The notes: generated by a model from the letters alone, not told the origin. A stretch of DNA of 32,000 bases from Desulfotalea psychrophila LSv54 (GCF_000025945.1 NC_006138.1:1740001-1772000), one strand, 5' to 3'. Positions 16,870-25,776 are shown, counted from the first letter of the stretch. Numbers and translations: made by a program.

Positions 16870-18836
16870 GTCCCCCCAATGTGAAGATGTTCCAGGTGAA
16901 GAATATGTCTTATATCCCGGAGAGTCTGCAGAAGACGGGTTTCTGCCATACCACCTCGTTTTCTAAGGCGGAAAAACGGGTCCTGCGCAAAAAAAAATGG
17001 CAGGCTCCGAGTGAGTGGGCCCCAAAAAACAGGAAAATTGTTAAGGGTCAGCTTGCCGGCAACTATCTCAGCCTTGATATCACCCCCCATCTGCGCGGGA
17101 TCATGGATGCGGCCGTGCTTCCCTTTGTCCGTCGTCTGCATATTATGGCTGCACCGCAGACCGCAAAGACCACCCTGATAGATACCATCATCGCCTGGGC
17201 AACCATCTTTGCCCCTGGTCCTGCGGTCTCCTTTTATCCCGATGAGGTAACGGCCAAGAGATCCATGAAAGAGAGACTGCAGCCCATGGTTGCCGGTTCT
17301 CCCTCTCTGTCCCGTCTGCGTTCGGGCCATCGGGACGATTTCACCAACACCTCCATGGCCCTCTCTTCCATGACCTGGGAGGTGGGTTGGGTAGGTTCAA
17401 CCGCTCAGACCGCCGATAGATCCCTGCGCTATGTGGATATGCAGGAGGTGGATAAACCAAGTTATGGGGGGAGTAAGGAGGAGACCGGCGTGATCGAGCT
17501 GCTGCTGAAACGTCCCAGGGCCTATGGTGATACCTACAAGGTCTTCATCTCATCTTCACCCACCACCGAGGCGGGCAATATTAACATGATCATAGAGAAG
17601 GAGACCGAGGCAGTCTTCCTGCAATGGGTGCGCTGTCCCCACTGTCATGAAGAGGTGCTGATGCTCTTTAGCCACGACACCTTCCACTGGCCCCACGATG
17701 AGGAGGGACACAGTATTGACCGTAAAACGATTCTCAGTAAAAAGCTTGCCCGTTATATCTGCCCCGAATGTGCCGCCCTGTGGGATGATAACGATCGCAA
17801 TAAGGCCATTCGCCGTGATGTCTGGCGCCTGCGAATGGTGGATAATAAGGGCGAGACCCTCTATGAAAAGGGGGAGGAAATGTTTCGCTATCTGCAAAAG
17901 CACCGGCCTGCCTCCATCGGCTTTATCGTCCCCTCCTGGACAAGCTATATGGTCAGCCTCTCCGAGGTGGCCCACGACTTCCTCCGTTCCGTGGATAAAA
18001 ATATCAGTGCCGAAGAACGTCTCAAGGCCCTGAAGGATTTTAAAAACGGCCACGAGGCAAAACCGTGGAAACCGGAGATCGTAGAACGGGCGGAAGCGAG
18101 TCTTCTCCGGCTGAAAAATGATCTCCCCGCAACCGAGGTACCGGCTCAAGGGGTGGCAGGTCTCTTTGCCGGGGTCGATACCCAGGACGATGGTTTCTGG
18201 TACTGGGTCATGGCCGTGGGTTATGGCAGGGCGCCGGAGCGTTGGCTTCTTCGCTGTGGTTTTGTCTTCACCTTCGAGGCCGTGGTTCAGGTGCTCTGGG
18301 GCAATGAGTACAGGGATAAAAATGGCAATATCTATCCCGTTCATCTCTCCCTGCAGGATGCCATGGGCCATAGAACCTCGGATGTCTACGATTTCTGCGC
18401 CTCCCGTCACGGTCAGATACTACCCACCAATGGTCAGCAGACCATGGCCACCCCATACTCCACCAACGATGTCGAGTTTTATCCTGGTAGTGATAAGCGC
18501 AGGTTCCCGGGGGCGCTAAAGAGGGTGCGGGTCAATACCACCTACTATAAGGATAAGGCCGATGGCATTCTCAAGATCAATCCCGGTGATCCCGGGGGCA
18601 TCTCCTTTTATAGCGAGGTCTCCCGGGGAGATCTGCTACAGCTCTGTGCCGAAACACGAAATGAGAAGGGCTTTTGGGAGCAGATCGGGCAAAGAGATAA
18701 CCATCTCTGGGATTGTTTCTGTCTGGCCCTCTGTGCAGAGGATGTGGCCGGTGTCCGCTACTGGCCAACACCGGAAGAGCAGGAAGAGATGAGTGATGAT
18801 TTAGTGGTTGAAGATTATGCCGCAACACTGGGCTAA
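16863..18836 (+). CDS. terminase large subunit, lambda gpA family
   Basis: GTG at 16863 follows SD GAGGTGG. 657 aa. 'MAAPQTAKTT' P-loop-like segment, Zn-ribbon 'CPHCHEEV...CPECAALW', and gpA-like overall length and layout. Confidence 0.85.
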   Translation: MLSPPNVKMFQVKNMSYIPESLQKTGFCHTTSFSKAEKRVLRKKKWQAPSEWAPKNRKIVKGQLAGNYLSLDITPHLRGIMDAAVLPFVRRLHIMAAPQTAKTTLIDTIIAWATIFAPGPAVSFYPDEVTAKRSMKERLQPMVAGSPSLSRLRSGHRDDFTNTSMALSSMTWEVGWVGSTAQTADRSLRYVDMQEVDKPSYGGSKEETGVIELLLKRPRAYGDTYKVFISSSPTTEAGNINMIIEKETEAVFLQWVRCPHCHEEVLMLFSHDTFHWPHDEEGHSIDRKTILSKKLARYICPECAALWDDNDRNKAIRRDVWRLRMVDNKGETLYEKGEEMFRYLQKHRPASIGFIVPSWTSYMVSLSEVAHDFLRSVDKNISAEERLKALKDFKNGHEAKPWKPEIVERAEASLLRLKNDLPATEVPAQGVAGLFAGVDTQDDGFWYWVMAVGYGRAPERWLLRCGFVFTFEAVVQVLWGNEYRDKNGNIYPVHLSLQDAMGHRTSDVYDFCASRHGQILPTNGQQTMATPYSTNDVEFYPGSDKRRFPGALKRVRVNTTYYKDKADGILKINPGDPGGISFYSEVSRGDLLQLCAETRNEKGFWEQIGQRDNHLWDCFCLALCAEDVAGVRYWPTPEEQEEMSDDLVVEDYAATLG

Positions 18837-18845
18837 GGGGAGAGC

Positions 18846-19049
18846 ATGAAAAAGAACGGAACAATATTGGTGGGAATGGATCAGATCACCGCTTACGCAG
18901 GCAGAAACAAAGAGACCATCAGGCAGGCCATTGTTAGCCGTGGCTTCCCCGCAGTTAAGGTACGGGGAAGATGGGAGTCAAACAGTCAGCTCATTGAGGA
19001 GTGGCAGAGGAAGCAGATTGTTGCTGGGTGTGGGGTAACTCAACGATGA
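18846..19049 (+). CDS. small excisionase-type HTH protein
   Basis: SD GGGGAGAG. 'MDQITAYAGRNKETIRQAIVSRGFPAVKVRGRWESNSQLIEEW' has the excisionase/AlpA-like pattern. Composition is phage-like. Confidence 0.55.
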   Translation: MKKNGTILVGMDQITAYAGRNKETIRQAIVSRGFPAVKVRGRWESNSQLIEEWQRKQIVAGCGVTQR

Positions 19050-19058
19050 ATTAACTGG

Positions 19059-19078
19059 TTGCGGGGCTGTCTCCGCAA
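19059..19078. terminator. hairpin between convergent genes
   Basis: TTGCGG (19059-19064) pairs with CCGCAA (19073-19078) around an 8-nt loop. No strong T run. Confidence 0.3.
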
Positions 19079-19112
19079 TCCATGTTCAATGACTGGTTAG
19101 AAACCTATTTTA

Positions 19113-20519
19113 CTAAATATCAAGTATCCGCAAGTTGTTTTTATTAATTCTTTCTGACCAGTATTTTGTTATCATTTCGATATGTTGATTTTCTGTAAAA
19201 GGAGTATAACTGGAAATATTCGTCAATTTATGATTTTCCTTTTCTACCATAATACGGTCTATATCTGACCAACGATATGTGTGTTTTTGGTATTCGCATA
19301 AAATTATTTTTCTAACATCATCAAAGATTGAATAGTGAAATTCATCAGTAATCAGCCTGTCTACATTTAATATTTCGCTGAGTATCATTTCTTGTTTTTT
19401 CTTACTGAATGATTTCCAATAAGTTGGGTTGATAAACCAATGATCGCTGCTATGCATCATGAATGTTTCAATAAAACATAAAATGGTGAGTGAGCTTTGG
19501 AAGTAATAATCTATAATATTTTTAAAAAAAATACTATGCACTCTATCAGCATAACAAAAAATATAGGTACAATTTTCCATTGGAATTATATTTGTCATTA
19601 AAAGCATTTTTTTTATACTTTTTTTATTACCATAGGCCAGTGCTGTGTACCCACAAAGAGAAACTGGAAATTTATGGTTAATGCAAATACCATGATTGAT
19701 TGTTGCTCTCTCCTCCTCTATTGTTTGATTATTGTATTCATTTAGTATTTGTTCGGAAAGTCTCTTAAGATAAGCTAGGCGTTTTTCGAAATCCTTTTCC
19801 ATTCCTTGAAAGCTGATCAGTAATTTGTCAATATTTTTGATATTGATTTTTGTTAATTCTTGCTCAATTCCTCGTTGTTTCAACCTATGCCTTAATATGC
19901 CTAATGCTTCTTGCTCGATTGCTGTTCTATATGTTTCTATTTGATTTTGAATTTTATCAATTTCAATATTTAACCATACGATCTCTCTGCAAATAGCCCT
20001 AAAAGTCTGTAACTGAATAAGAGAGTCTTCGTCGATTTCACCATTTTCAATAACTTGGAATATCTGTTCATGTTTTTCACAATATCCAGGAAAAGTTGAT
20101 GCGCTCTTTATACCTACAAGATTCATTGAAACTTTCAAATTTTTCGCAAATATATCAACTACGGGCTGAAGCACATGCCCTTGATCCGCTATATATTTAA
20201 GAGAATTACCTTTAGCAATAGAGTGTGATCTTTTAATACTTAGTGAATTGCAATTCGGATACACGCAACATCTTGGCCTATTTGTTATTTTTCTACTTTT
20301 ATGAGCTAATGATTTTAATAACGGTGCATAGATTTCAAATTGCTGCATCTTAAGAGAATTGTTTGCAATAAGTCGCATGATATTGTCAAATTCTTCACCA
20401 ATAATATCTGTTTCTTTCATTATTTCCGTGGGTGTCGATGTTTTAACATAAACTTCTAACAAGGTGTTATACAGGTCTGTATAACACACAATTTTGCGTA
20501 ATAGGTAGACTGTCGCCAC
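19113..20519 (-). CDS. uncharacterised 468-aa protein with a Cys/His motif region and central coiled coil
   Basis: AT-rich ORF. 'CCVYPNCNSLSIKRSHSIAKGNSLKYIADQGHV' and 'ASTFPGYCEKHEQIFQVIE' are followed by a coiled coil. Start uncertain between GTG 20519 and ATG 20420. Confidence 0.6.
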   Translation of the reverse strand: MATVYLLRKIVCYTDLYNTLLEVYVKTSTPTEIMKETDIIGEEFDNIMRLIANNSLKMQQFEIYAPLLKSLAHKSRKITNRPRCCVYPNCNSLSIKRSHSIAKGNSLKYIADQGHVLQPVVDIFAKNLKVSMNLVGIKSASTFPGYCEKHEQIFQVIENGEIDEDSLIQLQTFRAICREIVWLNIEIDKIQNQIETYRTAIEQEALGILRHRLKQRGIEQELTKINIKNIDKLLISFQGMEKDFEKRLAYLKRLSEQILNEYNNQTIEEERATINHGICINHKFPVSLCGYTALAYGNKKSIKKMLLMTNIIPMENCTYIFCYADRVHSIFFKNIIDYYFQSSLTILCFIETFMMHSSDHWFINPTYWKSFSKKKQEMILSEILNVDRLITDEFHYSIFDDVRKIILCEYQKHTYRWSDIDRIMVEKENHKLTNISSYTPFTENQHIEMITKYWSERINKNNLRILDI

Positions 20520-20640
20520 TCCACCCTCTGTAAAACTCTAACTGAGGTGATACATAAAAAAATGTTAAGCACAAGGGGTAAGCTGCTAGAGTCGCACGTA
20601 ATATGCAAAAAAAATAAGTTGTGGAGAGATGATCCACCCC
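20519..20640. repeat. copy A of a ~122-bp block shared with 25777-25900
   Basis: Hand alignment shows identical cores TCTAACTGAGGTGATACA, ACACAAGG, TAAGCTnCTAGAGTCGCACGnAATAT and ATGATCCAnCCCC. On the minus strand it contains TTGTGC-N16-TATCAC (20547-20574) and the SD of the 468-aa gene. Confidence 0.75.
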
Positions 20641-20790
20641 GATCAGTTCAGTAAACTCCTCAAGGAAAAGGGGATCAACGTCCAGAAGGTGGGCGGGGTT
20701 GTCTACCTCTGTGGCTACACCCTCTCAGGCGAGTTTCTGGAGTCGGTTGGGAAAGGGGTGTGGGGCAGGTGGTTTGCCTGCTCCGCATAA
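20629..20790 (+). CDS. small GC-rich ORF (53 aa), phage-like composition
   Basis: Hand translation gives MIHPDQFSKLLKEKGINVQKVGGVVYLCGYTLSGEFLESVGKGVWGRWFACSA. Its first 12 nt lie inside repeat copy A. Copy B keeps only a 9-codon stub. Confidence 0.3.
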   Translation: MIHPDQFSKLLKEKGINVQKVGGVVYLCGYTLSGEFLESVGKGVWGRWFACSA

Positions 20791-20934
20791 AAAAGATTCT
20801 TTGGCGTGTTTCTGTAGATGCGTAAAGCTAAGCTCACTGGCGGCTTTAATGAAAGTGGATTAACGATGAATCTTTATTGAAATTTTGGAAAAAGCTCCCT
20901 TGGACGCCCATTGCCGTCCGTGTGTATGCTGTCG

Positions 20935-21639
20935 TTAAGTGCCAGATATTGTATGGTAAATGATTTCTGAGGTTAGCTTGTTAAATTCTAAACAAGTGTC
21001 TCTGTCAACATTATCGTCATATCTTCTAAATAAACGCTCTCCTTCATCCAAAGACAATTTTTTTCCACCATATATTAATGGAACAATATAATACTCTGTA
21101 ATCTGTTCATCAAAAGCATTTTTATAACGGACTTTTAGATAACGTCTCAAATTGATAAAACAACTTTCATCGTTTTTCTGGCAGATCCCACTATATTGCT
21201 CATCAAGTTGAGACAGTTGAAGATTATTGTTTTTTCCAAAAATGGTTGCAAGTAACCCACTCCCTTTTGCCGTCATGTAACCTGCACGATAATAACCAAT
21301 TAGAGAGTAAGTTTTTTTCTTTTGCACATTTGGTGTTTTAGATAACTCAATATCTATAAGAACTAATGAATTATAGTGAAAATCAGAGATTATAAAACCA
21401 TTGTTCTCAATGAATATTTTATCCTCTGAATATATACCAGGTATATCATCCTTTAGTTGTTTTGCAGAAATAGTAAAAACAGGTGATATTTGTTTTTTTG
21501 CAATTTTGGTTTGGACATTTAGCAATTTTGTCTGTTCTTTTGAAATTGAACATTGGCTAAATGAAACTAATATCGCCATAATTGCCAATACAGTAGCTGT
21601 CACCGTTTGAAGGTAGAATTTCACATTTTCTTTGTTCAT
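20935..21639 (-). CDS. hypothetical N-terminally anchored membrane protein, partner of the KAP NTPase
   Basis: 234-aa ORF, 75 nt downstream of the KAP gene on the same strand. TM 'LQTVTATVLAIMAILVSF'. No family recognised. Confidence 0.6.
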   Translation of the reverse strand: MNKENVKFYLQTVTATVLAIMAILVSFSQCSISKEQTKLLNVQTKIAKKQISPVFTISAKQLKDDIPGIYSEDKIFIENNGFIISDFHYNSLVLIDIELSKTPNVQKKKTYSLIGYYRAGYMTAKGSGLLATIFGKNNNLQLSQLDEQYSGICQKNDESCFINLRRYLKVRYKNAFDEQITEYYIVPLIYGGKKLSLDEGERLFRRYDDNVDRDTCLEFNKLTSEIIYHTISGT

Positions 21640-21714
21640 ATTTTTTATACTTAATGCCGTGCTCTGTGGTAAATTTGTAGTGCAGCGGGAAATTTGTCCG
21701 ACAGCAGTGCTTTG

Positions 21715-24000
21715 TTAGATTTGTGGCCAATCATCTTCGATGCCTTTTTCTCTTTGTTTTAAGGCAGCTGTGAAAAGTTTTATTGCTTCTTTGCCTTGTG
21801 CATCCATTTTTTGTTCATCGATATTACTTATTGCACTGGCAATTGGTTCGACTTCGATAAAGTTTTCTATGTCTTTCAGCTTTATATAGCTAGTAATTTT
21901 TGCTACAGAATCTTCCATTGTTTGAGAAGAAGAGTTATTAACGAATCCTTTAAGCAAATTGACACATCCATCTGCGTTTGCTGTCTGGGCTTTTAGCCAC
22001 GCAACGACCTTGTCTTCCTCCCCCCAGCGTTTCCATCTGTATAGGAAAGAAACTAGATGCTCATGTGTTATAAGCATCTCTGGATTAGTTTCAGACATAC
22101 GGTCCAATTTATGTACGAATTCTTGTTTGATCTCCTCAAATTCGTTATCCAGCAACAGAATTTTTGTTTCCGAATTCTCTCGACTATTTTCATCATGTTG
22201 TAAAATGTTCTCAACAATAGAAATACCATCTGAATTTTGGAAGCATCTCAACAATAATTGACCCCTTTCTTTACTATTGTCAACTCTCCGAAGGAAACAA
22301 ACAGCTAATTGTACTGCATGCATATTGGAGCTGGACATGGTAAAACCCATATATTTATGGTCGACTTTATCGCCTATATCAATTAGTGCTTTGATATAAC
22401 TGTAGCCATCTCCTAAAGGGATCTCATCAGTAAATGATTCAAATTGAGATAGAGCATTTTTTAGTATCCCACGTTCCATTAACAATAGAATAAATGATGA
22501 AAAACTCTCAGAGTCCGATGTGCGCGAAAGCATGTCTCTAAGATCTGAATTAGAAAGCTCACCTTTGGGAATTGAAAACTGAAAGTATTTATTGAAATTT
22601 GAGGGATGACATACTCGCATCTCTCGTAACCATCTCTTGCTAAAACAATCGGCATATTGTCTGCCATTAAGAGCCCATTCAATTGCAGGAAATAGCTGCT
22701 TTATCAGTTCTCTTACATGTTCTCTTTTATTTGTACTTGCCTTATCTAAAATTCCATTGATCAGAGAAGTTATAGCTTCCCTACTTTTTTTATCCCCGCT
22801 ATAACTACTTTTCGTAAATATATCTTTTGACCGGGCTATTTCTTTATATATTTCAGGTTCAAATATTCTTATACATTCAATTGCTATAAGATCGACGGGG
22901 TTAACCTCAAATACAGATTTACCCTTCAATAACGAAAAATGAAATGAAAGTGTTGATGTATAACGATACACGTTCCTCAAATTGTCGAAGTAAGCATGTA
23001 ATGCCCCACGAAAAATATTGCCCCAGCGCCCAGAATCAAACATTTCTGCTGCAGATTTATCTTGTTTAATAACTTGATCAATTCTACTGAACAACAAATC
23101 ATGAAGGAGTGTAACTTCAATTTTTGGAATATCAAAAGGGACTTGTATGATTTTTTCTAAATAGTCACGACCTAACTGTTTACCATCAGTTAATTTCTCT
23201 TCTACTAAATCACGCTGGAAAAGAAGAAGAAAAACCACTTTAGGAAACTCAAGGTTTGCCTTAACAAGCTGAAATACCATTCTTAGTTGGCCGGGCGTAA
23301 GTCGATCCAAATCATCCATAACTACAATCAATGATGATGCTCTTTCTGACAATAGAGATGTTAGCTCTTGTCTAATGTCACTTAAGCTTTGCTCCTTTTC
23401 TTTTGCTGTTGCCTCAGCATTACCACTAAGTTTGTTTAGTAGTCCTTTTCCCCACTTGAGGGCTGCTGCCCAAGCTGCCAATAGGCCTAAAATAGCTGTG
23501 CTAACCGTTTTTACCCAAGATTCACCAGAGAAGTTCCCCCCAACCCCTACCAGGGTAGCTAAAATAAATAGTGTTGGTAGAGCCGCTGAGAGGCCTGTAA
23601 CTAGAGATTCTCCAGTATTTAAGTATCTGCCATACTTTTTAAGCGTTGCGGACAGTTTTTTTCCTGACTTACTTTTATCTATTCGACCTATTGATTTTGA
23701 TATTTCTTGAAAAAACGAAGCTGTAATTTTATCTTGAGCTGCCCATTCCCAAGGAGAAAACTCGACAACATCCGGTCTGTTCTCAGTTAGGCTTTTTAGG
23801 TTAGCTACAGCCATATTTTTAATGGATGATTTTCCTGACCCCCAATCACCATGTAGGGCAACGACAAGACTGTCTTTTCCATGCCATCCAGCGATTGCAT
23901 CTGCCAAATCTTTAGAAAATTTGGATCGGCCTAGTAAATCTTCTTTTATTTTTAGGATTGGTCTATCGGAAGCAAATCCATGTACGTCTTGTGAATCCAT
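21715..24000 (-). CDS. KAP-family P-loop NTPase with two TM segments inserted in the NTPase domain
   Basis: Walker A 'LHGDWGSGKSSIKNM'. Hydrophobic inserts 'LSAALPTLFILATLVGVGG' and 'VSTAILGLLAAWAAAL'. Walker B 'LIVVMDDLDRLTPGQ', then 'YLEKIIQVPFDIP'. Long helical C-terminal region. Confidence 0.85.
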   Translation of the reverse strand: MDSQDVHGFASDRPILKIKEDLLGRSKFSKDLADAIAGWHGKDSLVVALHGDWGSGKSSIKNMAVANLKSLTENRPDVVEFSPWEWAAQDKITASFFQEISKSIGRIDKSKSGKKLSATLKKYGRYLNTGESLVTGLSAALPTLFILATLVGVGGNFSGESWVKTVSTAILGLLAAWAAALKWGKGLLNKLSGNAEATAKEKEQSLSDIRQELTSLLSERASSLIVVMDDLDRLTPGQLRMVFQLVKANLEFPKVVFLLLFQRDLVEEKLTDGKQLGRDYLEKIIQVPFDIPKIEVTLLHDLLFSRIDQVIKQDKSAAEMFDSGRWGNIFRGALHAYFDNLRNVYRYTSTLSFHFSLLKGKSVFEVNPVDLIAIECIRIFEPEIYKEIARSKDIFTKSSYSGDKKSREAITSLINGILDKASTNKREHVRELIKQLFPAIEWALNGRQYADCFSKRWLREMRVCHPSNFNKYFQFSIPKGELSNSDLRDMLSRTSDSESFSSFILLLMERGILKNALSQFESFTDEIPLGDGYSYIKALIDIGDKVDHKYMGFTMSSSNMHAVQLAVCFLRRVDNSKERGQLLLRCFQNSDGISIVENILQHDENSRENSETKILLLDNEFEEIKQEFVHKLDRMSETNPEMLITHEHLVSFLYRWKRWGEEDKVVAWLKAQTANADGCVNLLKGFVNNSSSQTMEDSVAKITSYIKLKDIENFIEVEPIASAISNIDEQKMDAQGKEAIKLFTAALKQREKGIEDDWPQI

Positions 24001-24032
24001 ACGATCTCTCTGAAGAATCTACGTTAAGTTCA

Positions 24033-24052
24033 CCAGCGAGCCCCAGCGAGCC
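24033..24052. repeat. tandem 10-mer CCAGCGAGCC x2
   Basis: Read directly. A GC-rich patch in the AT-rich upstream region of the KAP gene, next to the tRNA fragment. Confidence 0.6.
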
Positions 24053-24110
24053 CAGTGGAGTGAAACGGAGCGGTGTTAAAGGCCTTGTTAACTGATTGTA
24101 TTATGTTATT

Positions 24111-24138
24111 TGGGGAAAAGGGGAGGAATCGAACCTCC
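24111..24138 (-). other. tRNA 3'-end fragment (T arm + acceptor 3' strand + CCA); att-site-like remnant
   Basis: Minus strand reads GGAGG-TTCGATT-CCTCC-CCTTTTC-C-CCA. This is a 5-bp T stem, canonical 7-nt T loop, 7-nt acceptor strand, discriminator and CCA. No matching 5' acceptor strand (GAAAAGG) or D arm lies upstream. Confidence 0.5.
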
Positions 24139-24616
24139 CTGCGCTCTCTTTTGACTGATACTATATTTTAAGGTCCATCTATCTCTCATCTAGGTTGGAA
24201 AAATAGTCGTCAGACCTCTCCAGGAGCGCATTTCCAAACCAAGCGTATGCCATTTTAGAAAACCAACTAGCGTTTGCGTTTTTCATAATCACCTCAATTG
24301 CACAAGAAAAAACGTATGAAAGCAACCATTCCAACCCAAACAAGATTCCAATTTCCCATCCAATAAGTATCTTTGACGTCAAACTCTAATTATTTATCAA
24401 TCTATTTTGAATACGTTCTATACCTTTTTGGTGGTGATACCAATTTGTTGTTTAGTAAAATTACTGCTCTATAAAAGTTCTAAAAAATTTATCATGTATT
24501 TCGGTTGTTTTGAAAATACTATTGCTTTACGACTTAGCCTTATTTGCAACTTAAAATCCTGTAACTCAATGTTGCCGAGAGGCCGACAATTTTATATGTA
24601 TCCATGTCAGAACCTT

Positions 24617-24640
24617 AAAAAAGAGCACATTAAGTGTGCT
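24617..24640 (-). terminator. rho-independent terminator of the DUF3800-like gene
   Basis: On the minus strand, AGCACA-CTTAA-TGTGCT is followed by CTTTTTT. It begins 19 nt after the stop codon. Confidence 0.5.
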
Positions 24641-24658
24641 ACTTGGCACAGTGCTTTG

Positions 24659-25768
24659 TTAATCAATTTTACCAGCACGCATCGGAGCCATTAGATCCTT
24701 GAGACCTACTTCACAGTCCAACATATCATATTTTCCAGCAAGTCCGACATAAATGCTCTCACGCATATCATTTACCTTTTTTAAGTACGGCATGGTTTTC
24801 TGCGCAACAAATCCAACAAATTTTTCAAGGTCAGAGACAGAGCTAGGAATTTTATATCCATCTCGTGAGGCAGAAATTAACGCGCCATTATTTCGTAATT
24901 TTGCAATTACATTTGATCTTAGCCATCCCTTGTCTTTATTCAGTTCAATTAGACCTTCATTCTTTAGATGCTCAAGCAATGCATCACCGTATATAAATCC
25001 ATCATCTTCATCGCCAACAGAATACAGTAAATACTGTAGTGTTTCTGCTAATACACGATCTTTTTCTCTTGCCAATACTTCTTCGGCAGCATGAGTGCAA
25101 TGACGAAAGACCAGCTGATCTTCAATGCTGGTATCTACGTCAATATGGGGATCTTCTTTGGCCCTTGGCCACACGTGTACCATCCCCAATGCGGGCTTTA
25201 ATGTATCGAATGCAGATGAATCTTCCTGTTTTTCCATAAACCGACGTACCGTACCTCCAACAAAATCTGCCACCTGCAATAATTCTGACTCTATTGGTGT
25301 TGAATACTTTATTTCACGACTTGAGAACAAGTCTTGCTGAAAATGCTTGTTGATATATGGCGCGAAAGAATCCATGAAATCCTGAGAACCGTGGGTGTCA
25401 ACAACCACAATGACCTGGCTTATGCCCTTATAAATCTTTTCAAACAACCTGCGCTGACAATGCTTATAGGTTGATGATTTAAATCTAAAACCACCATTTT
25501 TGTGAAGCCGGCTCTTCATAATTATCATCACAACAAAACGAGCTCTTAATTGGCCTAGGCTTTCACATATATCTTTTCGTCGCTTTAGATTTGAACCAAC
25601 TTTTGATGACTTTAATTCTTTTCCCACGCCATGTTTATTGCGGATTTCACGAAGCAATGCGCTATCATGATCAAGGTCATTTTCGTCGTTAATTACCGCA
25701 CAGATGACATAGCAATCATCATTCAGGACTGGATCGCCCGATTCATCAATATGTATTCGTTTTCGCAT
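24659..25768 (-). CDS. DUF3800-family protein with a C-terminal wHTH-like extension
   Basis: ATG at 25768 lies 8 nt after SD GGAG; the ORF track extends to 25861. N-terminus 'MRKRIHIDESGDP' is the DUF3800 signature, with a later 'VVVDTHGS'. The C-terminal ~100 aa are rich in a helix/turn pattern. Confidence 0.7.
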   Translation of the reverse strand: MRKRIHIDESGDPVLNDDCYVICAVINDENDLDHDSALLREIRNKHGVGKELKSSKVGSNLKRRKDICESLGQLRARFVVMIIMKSRLHKNGGFRFKSSTYKHCQRRLFEKIYKGISQVIVVVDTHGSQDFMDSFAPYINKHFQQDLFSSREIKYSTPIESELLQVADFVGGTVRRFMEKQEDSSAFDTLKPALGMVHVWPRAKEDPHIDVDTSIEDQLVFRHCTHAAEEVLAREKDRVLAETLQYLLYSVGDEDDGFIYGDALLEHLKNEGLIELNKDKGWLRSNVIAKLRNNGALISASRDGYKIPSSVSDLEKFVGFVAQKTMPYLKKVNDMRESIYVGLAGKYDMLDCEVGLKDLMAPMRAGKID

Positions 25769-25776
25769 ATCATTTT

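Noticed and set aside
17556-18410. 284-aa minus-strand ORF inside the terminase large subunit gene
   Set aside because: It is entirely antisense to a well-supported gpA-family gene in GC-rich DNA. It has no SD and a low-complexity Gly/Pro/Arg-type composition typical of shadow ORFs.
24111-24200. Complete tRNA gene on the minus strand
   Set aside because: Only the T arm, acceptor 3' strand and CCA are present. The 60 nt upstream contain no complementary 5' acceptor strand (GAAAAGG), D arm or anticodon stem.
24179-24382. 67-aa minus-strand ORF (TTG start) between the tRNA fragment and the DUF3800 terminator
   Set aside because: It has a non-ATG start without an SD. Only an internal 35-codon piece follows a GAGGTGA, and no family is recognised. 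It may be real as a micro-ORF, but support is too weak to annotate.
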